Positions 39,173 to 48,525 of a stretch of DNA of 64,000 bases are shown piece after piece. The position numbers and the translations under genes were made by a program. The number at the start of each line of letters is the position of its first letter. Within the stretch, counting starts at the first letter, position 1. A model generated the notes under the pieces. That model did not search any database and had not been told where the DNA came from. It saw nothing but the letters and a program-made list of their open reading frames with translations. Source of the DNA: Bacillota bacterium (lineage in GTDB: Bacteria; Bacillota_I; Bacilli_A; Erysipelotrichales; Erysipelotrichaceae); assembly GCA_023388535.1 (NCBI GenBank), contig JAEWFZ010000014.1:3873-67872 (forward strand), given 5' to 3'.

Positions 39173-40911
39173 TATTCCTCGTCGTAGTATTCATCGAATT
39201 GATCGAAATCAATATCTTCATCGTACCATTCATCGGTTTGACTGGCGGCTTCAATTTCAGCTAATTCTTCTTCGGTATATTCTGGAACAATCTCGTATTC
39301 GAGTTCTTTTAAAAGTTCCGCGGTATTGATGCGTTTACCTTCATCATCACCATAGCGACGTTTACGACGGCCGGTTTGTTCTTGAGCAACCGGTCCACCT
39401 TCCGCATATTTCTCATATTTAGAAACATACTCTTGACGTTCTCTAATGGTTGGTCGCTTGACAACTTTCGGTTCTTTTTCTTCTTCTTTGACAACTTCTG
39501 GCTCGCTAGGGACAACTGGCGTTGCTTTTTTAGTTTCAGTAACTTCTTCTAAGACTTCGCTTTCTTCAACTTCGCTGGAGTCGATGATTTCATCGTCTTC
39601 TTCAACTTCGGTTACTTCTTCTTCAGTTTCTTGTGGATATTCTTCTTCAACCACAACCTCGTCTTCATAGTCTTCATATTCGAGATCTTGATCGTCTTTC
39701 TCTAGAATATCTTCTTCTAAAGTCTCTTCTGACTCTTGCATCTGCTCGTATTGTTCTTGAAGTTTAGCCAAACGTTTCGCTTCTTGGGCGGCTCTCATGG
39801 CTTCCAGTTTTTCTTCAATTTCGATTTCATAAGCATTCATTAATTGTAAGTAATTAATGCCTTCTTCAATAGCTTCGGATTGCGATTTAATATCAATTTT
39901 CTTTCCAGTTAAACGCACCGCTAAGCGCGCGTTTTTCCCTTTTCGACCAATAGCTAAAGATAGTTGAGAATCTTCAACGATAACATTTAAGCCTTTGTCA
40001 TCTTCCTGTGGGAAAACAGCAATCACCTGAGCCGGTGATAAGGCATTTTTAATCAGTTCAATGGTATTTGGCGACCATTCAAAAATATCAATTTTCTCCC
40101 CACGTAACTCTTCGATGACGACTTGTACTCGAGAACCGCGCGGACCAATGCAAGCTCCAATCGCATCGACTTGTTCCGAATGCGAAAGAACTGCCATTTT
40201 AGTCCGTTCTCCAGCTTCACGGGCGATCGCTTTAATTTCAACTAAGCCATCGTATATTTCCGGAACTTCTTTTTCGAAAAGACGACGGACTAATTTAGCA
40301 TCCGAGCGCGAGACAATTACTTGGGCGCCCTTTGTATCCTTAACTACCTCAACAATGACCACCCGTAAGCGCTGTCCTTCCTGATAGATTTCGTTAGGAA
40401 TTTGTTGGCCTCTTGGCATTAAGGCAATCGCTTTACCGAGATTAACTAAGATAAAATTATTCTCGACCGATTCAATTTCACCAATAATCATTTCATCAAG
40501 CTTATCGATGTATTCATCATAAACGGCTTTTTTCTCCGCTTCACGAACTTTTTGCTTTAAGACTTGTTTGGCTAACAAAGCAGCAGCGCGGCCTAAATCT
40601 TGAATATTGTGCTCGATCTCTAAGAAATCACCGACTTGTAGCTCAGGATTGGTTTTTTGGGCTTGTTCTAGCTCAACTTCCAAAACATCATCTTCAACAT
40701 CGTCTTTATCTTTGACTTCAAATAATTGATAGAGATGCATTTCCCCTGATTCAAGATCAATATCAACCCGCGCTAAAGCATCGGGGATTTCGATATGTTT
40801 ACGAAACGCTTTAACTAAAGCATCTTGTAGTGATTCAAGAATAATTTCTTGTGAAATATTGCGATTTTCTTCTATACCTTGTAAGGCTGTGACAAAGTTT
40901 TCAAATTTCAT
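39172..40911 (-). CDS. nusA: Transcription termination/antitermination factor NusA with a roughly 230-aa acidic C-terminal extension
   Basis: It has NTD, S1 and two KH domains (IGACIGPRGSRV, AIGRKGKNARL) up to about aa 345, then an E/D-rich tail to aa 579. Confidence 0.93.
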   Translation of the reverse strand: MKFENFVTALQGIEENRNISQEIILESLQDALVKAFRKHIEIPDALARVDIDLESGEMHLYQLFEVKDKDDVEDDVLEVELEQAQKTNPELQVGDFLEIEHNIQDLGRAAALLAKQVLKQKVREAEKKAVYDEYIDKLDEMIIGEIESVENNFILVNLGKAIALMPRGQQIPNEIYQEGQRLRVVIVEVVKDTKGAQVIVSRSDAKLVRRLFEKEVPEIYDGLVEIKAIAREAGERTKMAVLSHSEQVDAIGACIGPRGSRVQVVIEELRGEKIDIFEWSPNTIELIKNALSPAQVIAVFPQEDDKGLNVIVEDSQLSLAIGRKGKNARLAVRLTGKKIDIKSQSEAIEEGINYLQLMNAYEIEIEEKLEAMRAAQEAKRLAKLQEQYEQMQESEETLEEDILEKDDQDLEYEDYEDEVVVEEEYPQETEEEVTEVEEDDEIIDSSEVEESEVLEEVTETKKATPVVPSEPEVVKEEEKEPKVVKRPTIRERQEYVSKYEKYAEGGPVAQEQTGRRKRRYGDDEGKRINTAELLKELEYEIVPEYTEEELAEIEAASQTDEWYDEDIDFDQFDEYYDEE

Positions 40912-40919
40912 ACTTACTC

Positions 40920-41384
40920 CTATAATTTTACTGCCAAGCGGATCATGGCAATATTTTCGTGATCAATGGTAACTTCTTTTTGACGCGTCATTTCTCGATA
41001 CTTGATTTTAATGTGCTCTGAAGTTACTTCTTTTAAATAGCCTTCGACTTCATGTAAACCGGCTTTTGGATCTTTTAGTTTACAATAGACATAATCTTCA
41101 AGATGGGCCTCTAAATCCTTAATTCCTTTTAGTTCGCGTTCAGCACCGGGTGAACCTATGTCTAAGTAGTAGCTACCTTCGATTAGATTGGCTTCATCCA
41201 AAGCTAGGCTGATGTGCTCGGTAATGAATTCTGCCGTATCTAAATCAAATTGATAGTTTTCATCCATGACACTTATTTCTAAAGTGGGTTGCGGCTGGCT
41301 GATCCAACGCAGATCGGTTAGTTGCATTCGGTAGGAAGCTAAAACAGTTTCGATAACAGTTCTGATTTGTTCTAAATTGACCAC
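40920..41384 (-). CDS. rimP: Ribosome maturation factor RimP
   Basis: RimP family, upstream of nusA. I prefer the GTG at 41384 (SD AAAGGAG 5 nt upstream). The ORF-track TTG at 41411 lies inside a strong hairpin. Confidence 0.75.
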   Translation of the reverse strand: MVNLEQIRTVIETVLASYRMQLTDLRWISQPQPTLEISVMDENYQFDLDTAEFITEHISLALDEANLIEGSYYLDIGSPGAERELKGIKDLEAHLEDYVYCKLKDPKAGLHEVEGYLKEVTSEHIKIKYREMTRQKEVTIDHENIAMIRLAVKL

Positions 41385-41407
41385 ATAGACTCCTTTCAAA
41401 TCATAAG

Positions 41408-41434
41408 ACAAGGAGTGGTAAAACCACTCCTTGT
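41408..41434 (-). promoter_or_regulatory. 11-bp-stem hairpin in the rimP-nusA leader (candidate attenuator, or the polC terminator)
   Basis: On the minus strand, ACAAGGAGTGG-TTTTA-CCACTCCTTGT is followed by an interrupted U-tract, CTTATGATTT. Confidence 0.5.
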
Positions 41435-41449
41435 TGTGTTATTAAAGTT

Positions 41450-41458
41450 ATTATAGCA
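41450..41458 (-). promoter_or_regulatory. Extended -10 promoter TGCTATAAT upstream of rimP-nusA
   Basis: The reverse complement reads TGCTATAAT. A possible -35, TTGTTT, overlaps the polC stop codon. Confidence 0.5.
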
Positions 41459-41468
41459 CAAATAGCGC

Positions 41469-44400
41469 TTAAAACAAGCTCATTTGATTACTTTCTTGAA
41501 GCCCATCCAGCCCTTTAAGCTTACGAATCGCGGCCAAAGAAGTCTGGGTAATTTGAGTCCGGTTAGAGATATCCTCGACGGAAATAAACTCATGTTCGTT
41601 ACGGGCATCGACAATACTTTGTGCTACCCCTGCACCTAAACCATCAATCGCATTAAAAGGAATGATTAGCGATTTTTCGCGCGTACTATCAATCGCAAAA
41701 TGGATTGCTGGTGAAGTCGCAACATCAAACGGCGAAAACTTATAGCCGCGTAAATACATTTCCAAGGCCACCTCCAAGGTAGCGAGAATATTGCGTTCTT
41801 TATTGGTCGCGCGCTGTTCGCCATAAATATTGAGGCGACTTCTAATATCTTCAATGCGATGTAAAATCGCATCCGTACCCTTAAGCATGGTATCGAGCTC
41901 AAAAGCTTCCGCCCGTAAACTAAAGTACTGAGCATAGTAAGCTAAAGGATGATGCACTTTAAACCAAGCGACGCGAAAGCCCATAATACAATAAGCTACG
42001 GCGTGCGCTTTCGGGAATAGATACTGAATCAAATCACAGGATTCAATATACCAATCCGGTACTTGATGTTTTTTCATCTCAGCAATCATCTGACTAGTTA
42101 ATTTCCGACCTTTACGGACATCTTCCATAATCTGAAACGATAGCTTTGGATCTAAGCCCTTGGCAATCATCTCGGTCATAATATCATCTCGACAACCGAT
42201 CACATCCTGTAAATTTAATCCGTCTTTAGTAATTAAATCTTCCGCATTATTCGCCCAAACATCGGACCCATGAGCGAGACCGGTGACTTGAACTAAATCG
42301 GAGAACGTCTTCGGTTGGGAAACATCGAGCATGCGACGAACAAACGGTGTACCAAATTCTGGTAAACCGACCGCGCCGTTGCGGTCGAGGGCACGACGTT
42401 CATCGATTTTTAAAGCTTTAATCGAAGAAAATAACGATAAGGTCAAAGCATCGTTCATCGGAATCGTGCGGACATCAATGCCTGAAATATCTTGTAAAAA
42501 GCGCATCGCTGTCGGATCAACCTGCCCTAAAATATCGAGTTTCAAAATATTATCGTGGATATCATGAAATTCATAATGCGAGGTTTTCCAGGCCGAATTT
42601 GGATTATTGGCTGGATATTGAACTGGAGTGAAATCATTAATCTCCATATCTTGAGGAATAACTAAGATACCGCCTGGATGTTGACCGGTAGTGCGTTTGA
42701 CCCCTTGGGCGCCATCGGCTAGGTATTCTTTAAAGGCGTTGTGCTCCCCTTTTTTGCGTGGTACGTTTTCAAAATAACCACTGACATAACCAAACGCGGT
42801 TTTCTTAGCCACCGTCCCAATCGTTCCGGCGCGTAATACTTTATCTTCACCGAATATTTCTTTGGTATGGGCGTGGGCGTGTTCTTGATAATCAGATGAG
42901 AAGTTCAAATCGATATCTGGAACCTTATCCCCTTCAAACCCTAAGAACGTTTCAAAAGGAATATTTTGGCCTTCCCCAATCATTGGTTGCTGACATTTTT
43001 CACAGATGCGATCTTCCAAATCGTAGCCGGAGCGCACTTTTGGATCAATGTCAAAGTCGGAAATACGGCAATGTTCACAGTAATAATGTGGTGGTAAAGG
43101 ATTAACTTCAGTAATCTCCATCATCGTAGCCACTAAAGAGGAACCAATCGAACCTCGTGAACCGACCATATAGCCATTCTCAATTGAGCGTTTTACTAGG
43201 ATATGAGACGTCAAATAAATCACCCCATAACCGTTAGATAAAATCGCTTTTAATTCTTGTTCTAATCGTTTCTTGACTATTTCAGGTAACGGTTTTCCAT
43301 AGAGTTGATAGGCCTTTTGATAAGTAATGTCGATGACTTGATCATCCGAACCTTCAATTTTTGGCGTGAATAATTGATCTGGAATCGGCGATAAGCTATC
43401 AACCATATCCATAATTTTAAAACTGTTATCGGAAACAATCATACGCGTTACTTCCGGGGATAGATAGGGATAACCCTGTAACATTTCTTCGGTAGTAAAC
43501 AAATGTTGATCCGGAGCTTCGATGGTGGCTCGTTTATACTCATCAAACAAATACAACGGATGGCGGGCACCACCGATGCCTTGAGCGTTGATATAAACTT
43601 CTCTAAAGATTTTATGGTGCGGTAATTGGTAATGAACATCCCCGGTCGCAACAATCAATTTATTATGTTTTTGAGCGACTTCGACGATACTTTTTAAGAT
43701 CTCAATTAAAGCTTCTTGACTAAAGATAGAGCCTTGGTCAAGTAGCGGTTGATAATTGGATAATGGTTGTAATTCGATATAGTCATAAAAGTGAATCTCA
43801 GCTTCTAATTGTTGGTAGGAACCAGTATGGGCGATATCAAATAATTTAGAATTAAAACAGCAAGAGCCAATTAAAAGGTTCTCGCGTTGCTCGTTTAAGA
43901 CTGACCGATAAATTCTAGGTTCTGCTTGAACTTCCGCATTATCTCTAGCTTTCGATTCGTTAAACATTAAAGTATCGCTATGGGAAATAGAAACTAAATC
44001 ATAAAGGCGTTTTAAACCGGCTTTATTTTTAGCCAATACGGTGACGTGATGGCGAAAGAGTTTATCAAAGGCAGGAGTTTCTAACTGTAATTGCCAAAGA
44101 TCCTCGGTGGTAAAAACTTCTTTTTCCCCTAAGCTATAAAGCATGGTTAAAAAGACTTGAGCTAAGACTTCCGCATCATAATCGGCACTATGAGCGACCT
44201 CTTGGTCGTAAGCAATTTTATAGTAACGAGCAACCGTCCCCAAGTTAAAGCGGGTGCGATCGCGAATGATGCTGCGAGCTAAATCTAAGGTATTGATCAC
44301 TACATTTTCAGGTTTTAAATGATTTAGTTTTTCGGATGCTTCGTTAATAAAGCCCATATCAAACGCCGCGTTATGGGCAACTAAAATTGTATCCCTTAAA

Positions 44401-45788
44401 AACTTTAAAAATTTAGGTAAAACTTGATCGATAGTTGGCGCATCTTTTACCTTATTATCGTCAATTTTAGTAATTTTCGTAATCGCTTCAGGAATCGGAA
44501 TTGGTGGTTTTACATAGCTATGAAATTTATCAATAATTTGTCCATTAACGATCTTAACCGCCCCTATTTCGATGATATGATCTCGAATTACCGATAATCC
44601 GGTAGTTTCTAAGTCAAACACGCAATAGCTAGCTTCTTGAAGGCGCTGTTTATCGGCTTTATTGATAATGTTTAGTTGATCGTCGACGACATTCATTTCA
44701 ACCCCGTAAATCATTTTAAACGGACGATCAGGATTGTTTTTTAATAGTTTTTCAACATAGCGTTGAGCTTTCGGATAGGCGTGAACGACCATATGATCGG
44801 TAATCGCCAAACCCGGATGACCATAGTCATAAGCTTGTTGAATCAAAGCTTCTACCGTACTGACGCCATCCATTTCCGAGAAATTAGAATGAGCGTGTAG
44901 TTCTACCCGTTTAATTGGATCATGATCTTCATAAACAAATAAATCGTTAGTTTCCGTAATATTTCTTGGCGAAACTTTTAATTGATTGGTTTTGGAGTAG
45001 GTATTGTATTCATAATCACCCGTAAAATAATAGGTTTTTCCTATTTTGATGGGCAAATCATCGACTTGATTAAAATGAGTAATACACTCAACCGCATCAT
45101 CGCCACTATGAATCATATAATTGACGCGATAGGTAGAATTTCGATTTTGAAAAACATCAACGCGAAAGACCTCTCCTTTGACCCGGACATTTTTCATTTC
45201 CTCAATCAAATGAGAAAGTTCCAAGGTAACTGGTTTTGCTCTTTGATAATTTTGATAATTATTTCTAGGTTTTTCTTTTCGCACTGGTTCGCTTTTAACT
45301 TCAATAACTTTGGTGGGTTCCGGTTGAGCCAAAGAAGCATGTAAAACAATAATTATCTCCAAATCAAAACCGACTTGATAAAACCAATCTTGTAAATCGT
45401 TGAGATACTCATTCAGTTGATTTTCAAAGCTCTCGGATAAAACAACAATGCTACATAAATCTTCTTCAATTACGATCGATGAAGAACGTAAATGGTTAGG
45501 CACTTCCAAGCGTTGATAAATCTCATTTAAATAGCTAGAGACTAAGACATGACTTGCCTGTTGGTTTTCGGCATTAATGATTAAATCAACCAGACAGTGA
45601 AATTGTTCCTGCATGGCGGTGACGATTTGATGATAAAGCTCAAAAGGTAAAACCTGATAGGTTTTTATTTCCAACTCTAAGGTTTTTAAACGCCGGCGAT
45701 AGACGACTTCAGATAGTTCTATATCGGGAAAAAGTCCAAAATGAAGTTTTGGTATCGATAACCTTGCTAAAAAATCATGAACTTTCAT
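41469..45788 (-). CDS. polC: DNA polymerase III alpha subunit, PolC type
   Basis: 1439 aa with a PHP domain, an inserted DEDD exonuclease (CVFDLETTGL, HNAAFD, HSADYDA) and a polymerase core. Confidence 0.96.
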   Translation of the reverse strand: MKVHDFLARLSIPKLHFGLFPDIELSEVVYRRRLKTLELEIKTYQVLPFELYHQIVTAMQEQFHCLVDLIINAENQQASHVLVSSYLNEIYQRLEVPNHLRSSSIVIEEDLCSIVVLSESFENQLNEYLNDLQDWFYQVGFDLEIIIVLHASLAQPEPTKVIEVKSEPVRKEKPRNNYQNYQRAKPVTLELSHLIEEMKNVRVKGEVFRVDVFQNRNSTYRVNYMIHSGDDAVECITHFNQVDDLPIKIGKTYYFTGDYEYNTYSKTNQLKVSPRNITETNDLFVYEDHDPIKRVELHAHSNFSEMDGVSTVEALIQQAYDYGHPGLAITDHMVVHAYPKAQRYVEKLLKNNPDRPFKMIYGVEMNVVDDQLNIINKADKQRLQEASYCVFDLETTGLSVIRDHIIEIGAVKIVNGQIIDKFHSYVKPPIPIPEAITKITKIDDNKVKDAPTIDQVLPKFLKFLRDTILVAHNAAFDMGFINEASEKLNHLKPENVVINTLDLARSIIRDRTRFNLGTVARYYKIAYDQEVAHSADYDAEVLAQVFLTMLYSLGEKEVFTTEDLWQLQLETPAFDKLFRHHVTVLAKNKAGLKRLYDLVSISHSDTLMFNESKARDNAEVQAEPRIYRSVLNEQRENLLIGSCCFNSKLFDIAHTGSYQQLEAEIHFYDYIELQPLSNYQPLLDQGSIFSQEALIEILKSIVEVAQKHNKLIVATGDVHYQLPHHKIFREVYINAQGIGGARHPLYLFDEYKRATIEAPDQHLFTTEEMLQGYPYLSPEVTRMIVSDNSFKIMDMVDSLSPIPDQLFTPKIEGSDDQVIDITYQKAYQLYGKPLPEIVKKRLEQELKAILSNGYGVIYLTSHILVKRSIENGYMVGSRGSIGSSLVATMMEITEVNPLPPHYYCEHCRISDFDIDPKVRSGYDLEDRICEKCQQPMIGEGQNIPFETFLGFEGDKVPDIDLNFSSDYQEHAHAHTKEIFGEDKVLRAGTIGTVAKKTAFGYVSGYFENVPRKKGEHNAFKEYLADGAQGVKRTTGQHPGGILVIPQDMEINDFTPVQYPANNPNSAWKTSHYEFHDIHDNILKLDILGQVDPTAMRFLQDISGIDVRTIPMNDALTLSLFSSIKALKIDERRALDRNGAVGLPEFGTPFVRRMLDVSQPKTFSDLVQVTGLAHGSDVWANNAEDLITKDGLNLQDVIGCRDDIMTEMIAKGLDPKLSFQIMEDVRKGRKLTSQMIAEMKKHQVPDWYIESCDLIQYLFPKAHAVAYCIMGFRVAWFKVHHPLAYYAQYFSLRAEAFELDTMLKGTDAILHRIEDIRSRLNIYGEQRATNKERNILATLEVALEMYLRGYKFSPFDVATSPAIHFAIDSTREKSLIIPFNAIDGLGAGVAQSIVDARNEHEFISVEDISNRTQITQTSLAAIRKLKGLDGLQESNQMSLF

Positions 45789-46468
45789 TACTTCACCATC
45801 TTTTCTAAGGCCGAGCGCGCGGCCGCTTGTTGGGCTTTTTTCTTCGATTGACCAAATCCACGGCCGAGAATTAGGCCATCCATTTTGACAATCGACTCAA
45901 ATTCAGGTTTATTATCTGGTCCTACGACATCGACAATTTCGTAGATGACGGTTTTTCTAAAATCGGCTTGGACGTATTCTTGTAATTTGGTTTTATAGTC
46001 CATTAAATCTTCAAGATCCAAATTAGCAAACGCCTCCGGAACAACTAGATTTAAGACTTTATCTACATTGGCTTCTCCCCCATCAAGATAGAGGGCGCCT
46101 AAAAAAGCTTCAAACATATCGGCGATAATCGAAGGACGTTGTCGACCGCCCGATTTTTCTTCTCCCGTTCCAAGCTTAAGAAACTTATTTAAGCCTAGCT
46201 GTTTACCAAATTGATAAAGCGCTTTTTGTGAAACCAAATGGATACGAATTAAGGTCATATCCCCTTCCGATAAATTTTGAGGTAAATGATATAGATACTC
46301 CGAACTCCATTTTTGCAAGACCGCATCGCCCATGAACTCCAGCCGTTCGTTATCTTGAATGCCTTGATTATGTTCATGTACATATGAGGAATGGACAAAG
46401 GCGTTTTCAATTAATTCCATGTTGTTTATCTCTAATTGATGCTGTTTTAACCAGTCATTTAATTGCAT
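45788..46468 (-). CDS. rnc: Ribonuclease III
   Basis: Catalytic signature NERLEFMGDAVL plus a C-terminal dsRBD (SKKKAQQAAARSALEKM). Its TAA shares 1 nt with the polC ATG. Confidence 0.9.
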   Translation of the reverse strand: MQLNDWLKQHQLEINNMELIENAFVHSSYVHEHNQGIQDNERLEFMGDAVLQKWSSEYLYHLPQNLSEGDMTLIRIHLVSQKALYQFGKQLGLNKFLKLGTGEEKSGGRQRPSIIADMFEAFLGALYLDGGEANVDKVLNLVVPEAFANLDLEDLMDYKTKLQEYVQADFRKTVIYEIVDVVGPDNKPEFESIVKMDGLILGRGFGQSKKKAQQAAARSALEKMVK

Positions 46469-46476
46469 AAATCCTC

Positions 46477-48474
46477 CTAAATCGCAGCCGATGCTAAAAT
46501 TTTATCGGACATCTTTTTAATTAATTCTACAAAAACTTGGTAGTTGTCATTATAGCATATCTCTCTGGCATCTTTTTGAGCTTGGCGTAATATTTTCTCA
46601 TCATCGACAATACTGGCCAAAGCAAAGACTGGAAATCCCGATTGGCGAACGCCTAAGAGATCGCCGGCCCCACGCGTCTTCAAATCGTACTCAGCAATCT
46701 TAAAACCATCGTCTTCTCTAGTTAAATATTGTAAGCGATCTAAAGCCATTTCATTGGTGGAGTTAGTTAACAGATAGCAATAACCTTTTCCGGTTTTACG
46801 ACCGATGCGACCCCGTAATTGATGCAGTTGGGCTAAACCAAAACGATCGGCATCGTAGACGATCATAGTGTTGGCGTTGGCCACATCAATGCCGACTTCA
46901 ATGATGGTCGTGGATATCAAGATATCAATTAAACCATTTTTAAAATCATTCAAGGTAGATTGGATCACTTCACTACTTAATTGACCATGAATACTAGCGA
47001 TCCGTACCAGATGACCGACGGCTTGTTGTAAGCCTTCAGCTACCGAAGTTACATTTTTCGTTGGTAAACTACCTTCACTGATGGCGGGTAGTACCATGTA
47101 GACTTGTTCCTGTTTTGTTTTAATCCGTTCTAAGAGCGGTTTTAAAAACGAACGAATGCTATTTTCTTGGATTAAGATGGTTTCAATCTGCTCACGACTC
47201 GCTACGGTTTCGCTCAAAGTTGAGATTTCAAGATGGGCGTATAAACTGGAAGCTAAGGTTCTTGGAATCGGGGTCGCGCTCATCATCAAGACATCTACGT
47301 AAGCTCCTTTTTCCAATAACGCTTGACGTTGGTTAACGCCAAAGCGATGCTGTTCATCCATAATCACATAACCCAAATTAGCAAATTTAACATCCGGTCC
47401 GAAGATAGCGTGAGTAGCAACGATCGCTTTTACTTCGCCACTTTCTAAGGTTGCTAAAACCTCTCGTTTTTGTGCAGTTGGTAAACTTGATGTATAGCCA
47501 GCGATACGATATTGATCGCCAAAATATTTAGTAAACCAATCCAGATGTTGATGGTATAAAACTTCCGTTGGCACTAATAGACAGATTTGATAACCGGCTT
47601 CCATCATTAATAAAGCGGATAATAAAGCCACTACCGTCTTACCAGAACCCACATCACCCTGAAGTAAGCGACGCATTAAATGGGGTCCGTTTAAATCTTC
47701 TATAATTTCTTTTAAAGCCTGATCTTGAACGGAATTAAGCTCAAACGGTAGTTTAGCTAAATACGGTTTGAGTTGCTTGCTATGCAAGTTTCGCTCGGGC
47801 TTGTTTATTGTTTGTACCGCTTGGCGCTGTAATTCTAAAGCTACTTGATACTTGAGTAGTTCTTCATATTTCAGCGTTCTTTGAGCTTGGTTCAGCGCTT
47901 CTATGGAGGTTGGGAAGTGAATTTGAGCGATCGCTTTCGATTTGTCTAAGAGTCGATAACGATCGATGAAGGTTTGGGGGATTTCGTTTTTGATGTCTTT
48001 TAAATAATGGGCCAATAGCTTTTTCATAATCGCCCGCATTTGATATTGTTTGACACTACCCTTTAATGGATAGATCGGAAATAAACCTTCCATGGTTTTA
48101 ATATCTTGTTGATTGACTTTTGAAGCGACGATTTGATTGGGTTTAACCAGTTTTCCTAAAATCGAAACTTTTTCACCTTCCAGTTTCCGATTAAAATACG
48201 GCTGATTATAAACGGTAACTTGGTACTCTTGATCGTCTAAACTCAACCGAAACTTAACGATGGTACGGCGACCAAATCTCAATATTTGTATCGAACTGGT
48301 AATATAGCCTTCGATTAAAATATCTTCATTTAATTGATATTGATCCGGGGTTTTCAGCTGAAAATGGTCATAACGAAAAGGATAGATATAGAGTCCCTGA
48401 TTTTCTGATTCGTCCGAACTTAAATAACTATATAGTATTTTTTCTTGATTTTTGGTTAGAACTGATTTTACCAC
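46477..48474 (-). CDS. recG: ATP-dependent DNA helicase RecG
   Basis: Wedge domain followed by helicase motifs (GDVGSGKTVVA, DEQHRFG, QLHQLRGRIGR). The start is GTG, with no SD. Confidence 0.92.
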   Translation of the reverse strand: MVKSVLTKNQEKILYSYLSSDESENQGLYIYPFRYDHFQLKTPDQYQLNEDILIEGYITSSIQILRFGRRTIVKFRLSLDDQEYQVTVYNQPYFNRKLEGEKVSILGKLVKPNQIVASKVNQQDIKTMEGLFPIYPLKGSVKQYQMRAIMKKLLAHYLKDIKNEIPQTFIDRYRLLDKSKAIAQIHFPTSIEALNQAQRTLKYEELLKYQVALELQRQAVQTINKPERNLHSKQLKPYLAKLPFELNSVQDQALKEIIEDLNGPHLMRRLLQGDVGSGKTVVALLSALLMMEAGYQICLLVPTEVLYHQHLDWFTKYFGDQYRIAGYTSSLPTAQKREVLATLESGEVKAIVATHAIFGPDVKFANLGYVIMDEQHRFGVNQRQALLEKGAYVDVLMMSATPIPRTLASSLYAHLEISTLSETVASREQIETILIQENSIRSFLKPLLERIKTKQEQVYMVLPAISEGSLPTKNVTSVAEGLQQAVGHLVRIASIHGQLSSEVIQSTLNDFKNGLIDILISTTIIEVGIDVANANTMIVYDADRFGLAQLHQLRGRIGRKTGKGYCYLLTNSTNEMALDRLQYLTREDDGFKIAEYDLKTRGAGDLLGVRQSGFPVFALASIVDDEKILRQAQKDAREICYNDNYQVFVELIKKMSDKILASAAI

Positions 48475-48497
48475 GGTTCTATTATAGCCTATTATTT

Positions 48498-48525
48498 AAA
48501 AAAAACGGCATTTGCCGTTTTTTAT
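48498..48525. terminator. Bidirectional terminator after yloV
   Basis: Stem AAAACGGCA / TGCCGTTTT flanked by A8 and T6 runs. Confidence 0.8.
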
